Positions 14,904 through 22,479 of a stretch of DNA of 22,479 nt are shown here, piece by piece. Where the stretch lies: positions 1 through 22,479 of the forward strand of contig JAEOSU010000016.1 of NCBI GenBank assembly GCA_016840165.1, read 5' to 3'. Origin of the DNA: Promethearchaeota archaeon. GTDB taxonomy: Archaea; Asgardarchaeota; Lokiarchaeia; Sigyniarchaeales; SOKP01. The position numbers and the translations under genes are program-made. The notes under the pieces were generated by a model, which saw only the letters and a list, made by a program, of their open reading frames with translations, did no database searches and was not told the DNA's origin. Position 1 is the stretch's first letter. Each line of letters opens with the position of its first letter.

Positions 14904-17072
14904 ATGGCACGAAAGAAAGATAAGAAAAAGAAAGAGCCTAGATTTGGCTGGGGAAGCGAAGAAGTAGGTGAAGAAAAAGTAGCTGAAGGTTTAAGGCGCA
15001 CAGAAATGGATGAAGGAAAGGTGCGATTAGTTGATAGAGACATTTCAACACCTGTAATCGAGACCTATGATGCTGATACTGGAGAACTAGAAGGTTCTAT
15101 ACTCTTAAAGGATGGAAATCGGGAAGGCTTACTTGGTTTAGTAAAGATCGATGAAGCTGTGGACGTAGATTTAGATCATAATGCAAATATTGAATCAATA
15201 AATTTTACTGGAAAACTCAATGTCGAAAATCCAAGTAAGAAAGATAGAATTTGGGACATAGATATTGAGTTAAAAAATATTGAAGGCACCAATTTAGAGT
15301 CAAATGAGATTAAGATTCGGGAATTAGGTACAGATGACGATACCAATTTATATAGTGAAGATTTTTCAATTACAGGAGATGCAAAGAACCTACTTTTAAT
15401 TAAAGAATACGTAAATACTCTCCCAGATGCAGATAGTGTTTTAAACCTACGGGATATCGAAACAGATCTTATGCGCTCAAAAGATAAGTCAAGTAAAGTC
15501 GGAAAAAATGTCAAAGAAAGAAAAGTTGAAGAAACCAACGAATCTTACGATTTAGACGAGGAAGATGAGGAGGAAGAAGAAGAAGATGAGGACTTAATGA
15601 CCGACGGAGGAATTGACGCTGATGATTATTCTCTCCAATCATTTGGAATCTCCATTGACAAAGAAAATATTGTTACATTTGCTATTGCTCTCTATAGTTT
15701 ATATGATAAGCCTATTAACGATCTAAAAATAGTAAAAACAATCCCTGCGGATTTCGCTAATCCAATTATAGGGGAAACAACCGAAGGGCGTGGAGAAGTT
15801 GAGGGTAATAAAATTGTATGGAGCATTGACAAATTGGTACCTGAAACCACAGTTTTAATGAAATTTAGCTGCTCTATTATGGTGACTGACATCACTAAAA
15901 GAAGAACTGGACCAATTGAAGTGACTTACAAAGCCAGCTCTTCATTTGCAGGCGGTTTAGATATAGATAAGTATGATGCCTATACCAGGAACAAATTTTA
16001 TGTGGATACTGTTGAAAGAGATGAAGAACCGGGCGTTTGGGATTGTAAATTAGTGTTTGAAAACCCCTCTGAATTTATCCTTCAATTATTTAATGCTGAT
16101 GTCTACTCTCCGGAAGATGAATCCGAAAAGTATGTTGATATCGACCCCAAAGATGTCTCATTGTTACCAGCTGGAGCGCAATGGCATTCTAAGAAATGGA
16201 GATTTGAATCAGAGGAGTTACCGGCATTTAGAAAGAAATTGGAATTTCGTGTAATGCCTGATTTTCAGACTAATGTGAGTGGGAGCATCTCGGTATCTGA
16301 TGTTATTTTAGAAATAGCTAGTATCACTGGAGATATGTCTTACGATATCACACAAGTCCCAACCTATAAGGAACAGGATGTGGTTGCTAAACTTAAAATT
16401 ATTAACAATGGATCTGCGCCACTGAACGAAATTTCAGTTGCTCAACAATATTTCACAAATGAATTTAAACCTCCAAGTGCGAGCGAAGTGACCCTAATTT
16501 GGGATGGTGAAGAGGTAGATATAAATTCGAGTTCTGTGAATTTTGATAATAGCGTTTTCAAAATCTCTTTAACCGACTTAAGAAATTCAGATACTGGCCT
16601 GTTAATGCCGGAATCAATATTAGAATTTGAATATCCTATTCACAGTGTCAATCCAGTAAAAGAAGCTACATTTGAGTCAGATATTATCTATTTTGCGAAT
16701 ACATTTCCCTTATCTCAAGAACTTGAATTTAGACCAGAAGTACCTATTATTGAAGCCTTACATTTAAGGAGAAGGTTCAGAATAGGAAAGGAAGTAGTAC
16801 CAATTGGTGCATTAGGCAAATACCAAATCATTTTAACACTTGAAAACATTGGTACAGCACCTTTGCAGAATGTAGTGTTAATGGATAAAGTACCGGACAA
16901 CTTTGAATATGGAAGATATTCGGGCGGTAAACCTCAGATAACAGACGAAGTTGGAGAAGATACCTTGAAATGGACCATTGATTTATTGAATGCTGATGAA
17001 AAATTGGAAATCACCTATGAGATAAGCGGTACAGGAGAGTATAGTCCAAGTGATGCTCAGCTAGGATTATAG
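14904..17072 (+). CDS. Multi-beta-sandwich protein with candidate mu-homology (AP-mu/delta-COP-like) domain and C-terminal Ig/DUF11-like domains
   Basis: 722-aa ORF, clearly coding, no signal peptide or TM segment. Blocks VKIDEAVDVDLDHNANIESINFTGKL, INDLKIVKTIPADFANPIIGETTEG...KIVWSI...LMKF and GPIEVTYK...GGLDIDKYDAY resemble MHD blocks in order. The product call is by eye. Confidence 0.55.
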   Translation: MARKKDKKKKEPRFGWGSEEVGEEKVAEGLRRTEMDEGKVRLVDRDISTPVIETYDADTGELEGSILLKDGNREGLLGLVKIDEAVDVDLDHNANIESINFTGKLNVENPSKKDRIWDIDIELKNIEGTNLESNEIKIRELGTDDDTNLYSEDFSITGDAKNLLLIKEYVNTLPDADSVLNLRDIETDLMRSKDKSSKVGKNVKERKVEETNESYDLDEEDEEEEEEDEDLMTDGGIDADDYSLQSFGISIDKENIVTFAIALYSLYDKPINDLKIVKTIPADFANPIIGETTEGRGEVEGNKIVWSIDKLVPETTVLMKFSCSIMVTDITKRRTGPIEVTYKASSSFAGGLDIDKYDAYTRNKFYVDTVERDEEPGVWDCKLVFENPSEFILQLFNADVYSPEDESEKYVDIDPKDVSLLPAGAQWHSKKWRFESEELPAFRKKLEFRVMPDFQTNVSGSISVSDVILEIASITGDMSYDITQVPTYKEQDVVAKLKIINNGSAPLNEISVAQQYFTNEFKPPSASEVTLIWDGEEVDINSSSVNFDNSVFKISLTDLRNSDTGLLMPESILEFEYPIHSVNPVKEATFESDIIYFANTFPLSQELEFRPEVPIIEALHLRRRFRIGKEVVPIGALGKYQIILTLENIGTAPLQNVVLMDKVPDNFEYGRYSGGKPQITDEVGEDTLKWTIDLLNADEKLEITYEISGTGEYSPSDAQLGL

Positions 17073-17089
17073 AAAATTCAACTTACAAA

Positions 17090-17098
17090 TTTTTTTTT
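17090..17098 (+). terminator. Oligo-T tract after the 722-aa gene
   Basis: T9 run about 18 nt downstream of the stop at 17072. Confidence 0.4.
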
Positions 17099-17185
17099 AT
17101 TATATTTTTATATTTTCAAACGAATTATATAGATCTATAAGATTTTGTAAATCATTCAAATTTTAGGATTTGATAAGTATCAACT

Positions 17186-18853
17186 ATGCCTGAAAAAGAT
17201 AAGAACTTCGATCTCAACTGGATGTTTGAATGTCCTGATGCTATTTTAACATGTTCGGTATTACACTGTGGAGATCAGTCATATTTTGTGTTCGGAGGGC
17301 ATGATAAAACACTCTATCTTATGGATCAAGAATTAACCATCTTAGATTCCATTACATTTGATGGTTGGTGTCGATGCAGTTACCCTATTGACATAACTGG
17401 AGACGGTTGCGATGAAATTTTAGTGGGTGCTGGGGATGGCAATTTTTTAGTGGTTAAATTTGTAAAGGGCTTAAACAAATTAGCCGGTATTATGAATTAT
17501 AAGATTACTAAAAAAGTTTTATGTGTTACCGCTGGAGACTTCACTCGAGATGGTAATATTGAACTAATTTTAGGGAGTGAAGATAAGACTCTTAAGATCT
17601 TTGAAAATATTGAGGCTAAAGAACCGAAGTTTACTCTTTATTACGATTCTTGGGTAACAGCTTGCGCATTAGGATACTTAAAGTTATCGGAGAACAATAG
17701 TCCAATATTTGGATTATTAGTAGGTACTAAAAACGGAGATCTCCAACTAGTCCAATTTGAAAATAACCAACCGGATATTATTTGGCAGAAAAGTATTGGA
17801 GCCCAGATAAACGTGGTTGCTATCGGTGATGTTACAAATGATGGTTATCATGAAATAGTAATAGGTACCGACGATTCAAAATTAACCATCTTAAATAGTG
17901 AAGGAGAGGCTCTAAACTCAATAGAAATTGAAGAAGGGCGTCCTATTTCCATAAAATTAGATGATATCGATGGTGATAATGCAAAAGAAATCTTAGTTGG
18001 CTGTGCTGATGGCTCATTAAGAATATATCACAATCCCAAACTAAATTCATCTGATATTGAATTAAAATGGAAAACCTCAACCTCATCCTCCATAAAAATC
18101 GTCTCCTCAATGAAAGATCCAGAAAAAGGATTAGCAAGCATTCTTTATGGAGGTTATGATCGAAGTATTCGTTGCATCTCAGATTGTGAATGGGGTGAAA
18201 AACCAACCTTAGATATACCATATAACATTATAGTTTCTGAAAAGCAACCAAAAGAAAAAGAAAAGCCAGTAGAAGAATTGATAAAACTTGAGACTGTGCC
18301 TACAAACATTAGAGAATACATTTTGAAAATTTTAATCGATAAAAGAATCATTGAAGGAATTGCCAATGATTTAGTTAAAAGAGGCTATGTAAAGGAGAAA
18401 GTTGTTGAAGAATTTGAAAAAATGTTAACTCAAAAATCGGTTAATATCGAACAGAAAGAATTTCTTATATGGGACATACCAAAGGAAAAAGTAGATAAAG
18501 GCCTTGTTGTTCCTAGTAAAGAAGATATCAAGAGTAAAAAAATTACTCCAATAGTCATTGAGGGAGATATTGAAGAGAAAGGAACCACATTGATAGATGC
18601 ATTAAAGAAAGAAACAGAGGGAATTAAAAGTTCTCAATCTTCAATTAAAAATGAAAATTTAAGGTATATTATTATTGATTATCTGGAGAGAAATAATATC
18701 GTAGCTACTAAAGGGAAAATTGTGGATGATATTATAATTCTTGGCTATGATAAAAAGACTGTCAGTGATTTGATCGAAGTTATGAAGGAAGAGGGTAAAA
18801 TTTTATACTCTCGTTCTGAACCAAAAGGCTGGATGCTTAATACTGGAGAATAA
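17186..18853 (+). CDS. Cytoplasmic FG-GAP/VCBS-type beta-propeller (BBS2/ITFG2-like) with C-terminal winged-helix domain(s)
   Basis: Four DxxxDxxxEIxxG repeats (DITGDGCDEILVG, DFTRDGNIELILG, DVTNDGYHEIVIG, DIDGDNAKEILVG); no signal peptide; C-terminal IIDYLERN...TKGKIVDD...GYDKKTVSDLIEVMKEEGKILYS...GW. Confidence 0.75.
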   Translation: MPEKDKNFDLNWMFECPDAILTCSVLHCGDQSYFVFGGHDKTLYLMDQELTILDSITFDGWCRCSYPIDITGDGCDEILVGAGDGNFLVVKFVKGLNKLAGIMNYKITKKVLCVTAGDFTRDGNIELILGSEDKTLKIFENIEAKEPKFTLYYDSWVTACALGYLKLSENNSPIFGLLVGTKNGDLQLVQFENNQPDIIWQKSIGAQINVVAIGDVTNDGYHEIVIGTDDSKLTILNSEGEALNSIEIEEGRPISIKLDDIDGDNAKEILVGCADGSLRIYHNPKLNSSDIELKWKTSTSSSIKIVSSMKDPEKGLASILYGGYDRSIRCISDCEWGEKPTLDIPYNIIVSEKQPKEKEKPVEELIKLETVPTNIREYILKILIDKRIIEGIANDLVKRGYVKEKVVEEFEKMLTQKSVNIEQKEFLIWDIPKEKVDKGLVVPSKEDIKSKKITPIVIEGDIEEKGTTLIDALKKETEGIKSSQSSIKNENLRYIIIDYLERNNIVATKGKIVDDIIILGYDKKTVSDLIEVMKEEGKILYSRSEPKGWMLNTGE

Positions 18854-18864
18854 TCTATATATCA

Positions 18865-19296
18865 CTAAAAAAAACTTTTTATTTCTTCAGTAAACGGTTC
18901 GAATTGATCTAATTCTGTAAAATCCTTATTAGAAAAAGTGGTAACGAATAAACTTAAGATTGGTTCAACTTTTTCAAAAAATCTTTTAACCACTTTATCT
19001 GTATCTTTCTTTGGCTTATTGATTAAACCGTATAATATTACAGGTTCTTCGTAATTACAATCCATCGCTTTTACTTGAGCTAATTTAAAAACAAATAGAA
19101 TCTTATCAGATTCTAAATATTCTAAAGAAACGTTATTAAATGCATTAGTCGCAAATGAATTTATCGCAGATATAAATGCTCCTCGCAAATCTTTACTTTT
19201 TTCTTGGATCTCTTTGATAGTTGATAACTTTTTGAATTTATGTTTAACTAGCACAAATCCCCTAAAAACAATCCCTAACTCAAATAAGTCTTTCAT
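18865..19296 (-). CDS. Standalone longin-domain protein
   Basis: Longin-type topology: ELGIVFRGFVLV beta hairpin, DLRGAFISAINSFA helix, strands, terminal FEPFTEEIKSFF helix. ATG 19296 preferred over the track start at 19329. Confidence 0.7.
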   Translation of the reverse strand: MKDLFELGIVFRGFVLVKHKFKKLSTIKEIQEKSKDLRGAFISAINSFATNAFNNVSLEYLESDKILFVFKLAQVKAMDCNYEEPVILYGLINKPKKDTDKVVKRFFEKVEPILSLFVTTFSNKDFTELDQFEPFTEEIKSFF

Positions 19297-19412
19297 AACG
19301 GATATTTTCACTAATTTAAATTGGCTCACGATAAAAGCTATTAAAATAAAAAAAATTCATGTATTTAATTTTACTCAAATGCAAGAATTCTTAATGGGAA
19401 TGGGAAAAAGGA

Positions 19413-20219
19413 TTATGAAGTACCTTTCAATTTCAATGAAATCGCTTTTTGAGGACATTTAGAGATACAGATTCCACATCCAAAACAAAAATCTGGTTTC
19501 AATTCTAAATGAAAATTTAAGTAGATTCGTGCTCCAAAATAGCACCATTCTGCACAATTACCGCAATTAATACAAATTTGGGTATCTGTCTCAGCTATAA
19601 AGTCACTCTTGACCATCTGTGGTGATCCATAGCGAAGGAATCTATTCAATATAATACAACAACATGGGCAACAATTGCATACAACATAATAAAAGTTAGG
19701 ATTAGGATAATAAATTAGCTGATGTATTAATCCTTCTTGATCGCATCTTTCTAATAAATCAATAACCTTTTGTTTAGAGACTTTTTTTAGATTTTTGGAT
19801 TTAAAAGGTATATCATACAAGGACTTACCTGTGCCAATATGAATACACGTTCTTAATGGATGAGTACAATTCGGTTCATTATAACGCCTTTGAGTTTCCC
19901 GGCAATAGCAATTCGCGATTCCTGTTACATTTGATCGACTTAAAATTTCAATAATTTCTTGAGAAGGCAAAAATCGAACTTCGCTTGCTATTGATGTGTT
20001 GAGGGTTATAACCCTTCCGCCCCATTTATTCTTCAAAATATAACGGTTAAGGATATAAAGTGCATTAATTTTAAATCTTTTTTCTATTATTCTAGCTAAC
20101 TCAAGCATTGTCCATTCTTGAAAGCCAAATAATGAAGTTAAAATCTTTCCAAGTAAAGGAATTCGCTCAGTAAGTTTGTCAATCAGCTTAATAAAAGGTT
20201 TATTATGTGAAAAGGACAA
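19413..20219 (-). CDS. 4Fe-4S ferredoxin-domain protein
   Basis: CYCR, CTHPLRTC and CNCCPCCC, plus two ferredoxin motifs CINCGNCAEWC and CFGCGICISKCP; TTG start. Confidence 0.88.
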   Translation of the reverse strand: MSFSHNKPFIKLIDKLTERIPLLGKILTSLFGFQEWTMLELARIIEKRFKINALYILNRYILKNKWGGRVITLNTSIASEVRFLPSQEIIEILSRSNVTGIANCYCRETQRRYNEPNCTHPLRTCIHIGTGKSLYDIPFKSKNLKKVSKQKVIDLLERCDQEGLIHQLIYYPNPNFYYVVCNCCPCCCIILNRFLRYGSPQMVKSDFIAETDTQICINCGNCAEWCYFGARIYLNFHLELKPDFCFGCGICISKCPQKAISLKLKGTS

Positions 20220-20429
20220 TTTTATGTCAGATTACTAGTTATCGATTATATGGAAAAAGTTTATAGCAAATTTATTTCTTATGCTTTTAGGAGAGAATTT
20301 AATCTAAATGACGAATTAAATCTTTATTAGGCATAATTCCATTAAATTTTAATAAGAATATTTAATAATTTTTTAAACTAATAGTATTTTATTTAACATA
20401 TCAGAAAAAACATTTATGTAAGATTTATT

Positions 20430-20675
20430 ATGAGCGACGAAGAGGAATCACGATTCTGCCCATATTGCGGAATAAAATTGACAAAACCCTACTGGGTTCA
20501 TATTCAGAAAGAGCATCCTGAAAAATATGCCCAAAAAGAAACGTGGATTAAATTATATCAAGATTATCGAAAGATAGGGATGGATCAGGAAGTTAGCATT
20601 AAAGTTATTTCTGAATTGTTTAATTCCACAGTTGAAGAGATAACCTCCTTTTTAAAAAACTCAAACAATCTTTAA
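20430..20675 (+). CDS. Small C2H2-type zinc-finger protein with C-terminal helical (HTH-like) region
   Basis: CPYC...HIQKEH; C-terminal ISELFNSTVEEITSFL. Confidence 0.75.
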   Translation: MSDEEESRFCPYCGIKLTKPYWVHIQKEHPEKYAQKETWIKLYQDYRKIGMDQEVSIKVISELFNSTVEEITSFLKNSNNL

Positions 20676-20712
20676 ATCTGTTATTAATATTAATTTTTTG
20701 TCAAAATTATTA

Positions 20713-21255
20713 TTAAATAGTTTTAAATTGTAAATATAATCGTTCAATAATTGCATTAAATGCATTAACTACTCCTTGCCCTGTTTTAGCAGATGTGAAA
20801 AAAAAATTCAGAAATTTATATTCATCTGCAAGTGTTTTAATTTTTGATTTATTTATACTATTTTCATCTATTAAATCAACTTTATTAGCAAATAAAACGA
20901 TAGGAATGTCTCCACAATTCTTTTTTATTACTTCATACCAGTTTTCTATATGTGTAAAACTCTTCTTACCAAGTGTATTTTCTTCAAGACTATATACGAT
21001 AATAGCTGCTTTACTCTCTTTATAAAAGAGTGGTTGCAGAAAATTAAAATCTTCTTGACCTGCAATGTCCCAAAACACTAATCTGATTAAATCTCCGTTA
21101 AATTTTTTATTATATTTCGAAAATTGAGCGCCAATGGTTTTCACATAATCCTTTTCAAATGTTCCTTTGGTGAATTTTTTGATTAAGGAGGTTTTACCAA
21201 CCGCTCCATCTCCAACAATAACAATTTTAAATCGATATGTCTCAGAATTTTCCAT
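20713..21255 (-). CDS. Rab-like small GTPase (Ras superfamily)
   Basis: G1 GDGAVGKTS, G2 YVKTIG, G3 WDIAGQE, G4 NKVD, G5 TSAK; no C-terminal Cys motif. Confidence 0.95.
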   Translation of the reverse strand: MENSETYRFKIVIVGDGAVGKTSLIKKFTKGTFEKDYVKTIGAQFSKYNKKFNGDLIRLVFWDIAGQEDFNFLQPLFYKESKAAIIVYSLEENTLGKKSFTHIENWYEVIKKNCGDIPIVLFANKVDLIDENSINKSKIKTLADEYKFLNFFFTSAKTGQGVVNAFNAIIERLYLQFKTI

Positions 21256-21349
21256 TAGATTTCTATAACTTAATCTAAGTGAATTTGTTTTTAATGTATG
21301 ATTAGGATTAGTTTAATATTAAAGTTTTGTGAATATGAGTGATTAAAAC

Positions 21350-22479
21350 TTATACGTATTCTATATTTTTTCCCAAAATAAAAACTTCTGTAATCAATGA
21401 TTCAAGCGATGGAATACTGTCTGATTGAATTATTTTACTTTTTTTGAGAGAGTTCTGCAAAGATTTCCAAATAAGACTCTCATTCTGTATAGATTCGAGA
21501 AATTGCTTAGTTTTACGATGAGCAAAATAAGAGTACCCTTTAAAGATATAACATATTAAAAATGGTTTAAGGGGCATCATAAGAAGAGTATATTGGCCAA
21601 AAACGGCTCTTTCAAGGCCTTCAGAAAATACCTCATTAATAATATAATTTATGGTGGTTAGGAAGCCTCCTAATATATCATCTTCAAAGGAAATATCTTC
21701 TATAAATCTTTTAGAGAACATTAGGTCCCCTCCTTCCGTTAGAATTAATAACATTACAGGTTCTTCTTTTGATGTTTCTTGAAGTTCAATCATCCGTCTT
21801 TTTACCATATTTTCCATTTGCTCATTCAAACCAGTAAGTTCAAAACGCTCAGATAGAGATAGATCTGAGAAATTTATACTCTCCCAAATCTTAGTTAATT
21901 TGAGTAATTCATCATGTTCATATGAGATTTTCATTGCTAATCGTTTCATACCATACGATTCCGCTATTTTTTGAGCTTTAGTTAAAAATCGACGAGCTGA
22001 TTTCGAATCATTCTCTATTAAGGCTAGTTTAGCTTGTAATAGGAATGTCTCACAAAAGACTAAATATGAATGTTGTTTTTCAGCAATATCCAATAACCTG
22101 GAAATATAATAATTAAGTTCATTAAGTACTTCAATATTAGTTTCTATACGATATTCCGTGAGAAGTATATCACAAAGATGGATATGAGCTTTTATAATAA
22201 TGTCAAACTGTGTTGTATCCGTTTCTATAATTTCTTTGAATAATTCTTCTGCTGTTGATTTATCTCGAATTCGAGAACTTGTTTTTAAAATTAGTGCTTT
22301 AGCGAATTTATATCCAAGATTATCTCTATCGCCTCTTTTCTGGTTAATAATGTTTTCCAAACGATGAAAATACTTTTTAGCACGCTCATTATCTCCTTGT
22401 TCAATAGTTATGTCTATTAAACCTTCAATATTACCTTCAATAGAAATAAAACCCTGAGGAATTTGCTTTAAAATATTTA
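21350..22479 (-). CDS. TPR/alpha-solenoid protein with C-terminal longin-like domain; 5' truncated by the window edge
   Basis: The frame stays open upstream of the track TTG (22360) to the window end (...EQGDNERAKKYFHRLEN...). TPR-like helices (ARRFLTKAQKIAESYG); C-terminal LLILTEGGDLMFS...DDILGGFLTTINYIINEVF longin pattern. Confidence 0.8.
   Translation of the reverse strand, partial: NILKQIPQGFISIEGNIEGLIDITIEQGDNERAKKYFHRLENIINQKRGDRDNLGYKFAKALILKTSSRIRDKSTAEELFKEIIETDTTQFDIIIKAHIHLCDILLTEYRIETNIEVLNELNYYISRLLDIAEKQHSYLVFCETFLLQAKLALIENDSKSARRFLTKAQKIAESYGMKRLAMKISYEHDELLKLTKIWESINFSDLSLSERFELTGLNEQMENMVKRRMIELQETSKEEPVMLLILTEGGDLMFSKRFIEDISFEDDILGGFLTTINYIINEVFSEGLERAVFGQYTLLMMPLKPFLICYIFKGYSYFAHRKTKQFLESIQNESLIWKSLQNSLKKSKIIQSDSIPSLESLITEVFILGKNIEYV

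Noticed and set aside
15555-15593. GAR-rich microsatellite-like tract
   Set aside because: Explained by the poly-Glu/Asp coding segment
15176-21025. Short antisense or nested ORFs (15176, 15692, 16057, 16715, 17943, 18154, 19214, 20795)
   Set aside because: All overlap longer motif-bearing genes and show no independent features
1-22479. Mobile element or provirus integrated at the tRNA
   Set aside because: No integrase, transposase or viral hallmark gene, and I saw no duplicated tRNA 3' end in the window

Overview
Low-GC archaeal DNA, most consistent with an Asgard archaeon (Lokiarchaeia-like). This rests on a BHB-intron tRNA, an Sm protein, a Rab-like GTPase, and standalone and TPR-fused longin domains; the taxon is inferred. 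The left two thirds are mostly metabolic: MBL hydrolase, radical SAM/IscU-like/NifX-like cluster, W/Mo aldehyde:ferredoxin oxidoreductase with a MoaD-like partner, tRNA-Arg(CCU) with a non-canonical T-loop intron, Lsm, a large metallophosphoesterase, iorAB, lpdA and glycerate kinase. The right third (about 14.9-22.5 kb) concentrates genes resembling eukaryotic membrane-trafficking parts. These are a 722-aa protein with a candidate mu-homology (AP-mu/delta-COP-like) domain plus Ig-like sandwiches, a cytoplasmic BBS2-like FG-GAP beta-propeller with winged-helix tail, a standalone longin, a Rab-like GTPase and a TPR-longin protein. Together they form a candidate 'proto-coat/adaptor' module. Also found by reading the sequence: two small ORFs below the ORF-track cutoff (a 50-aa Zn finger and a 53-aa tail-anchored membrane protein), a ModE-like operator upstream of the AOR gene, and a GC-rich foldable element right after the Lsm stop. 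All homology calls are by motif recognition from memory; no database searches were run.
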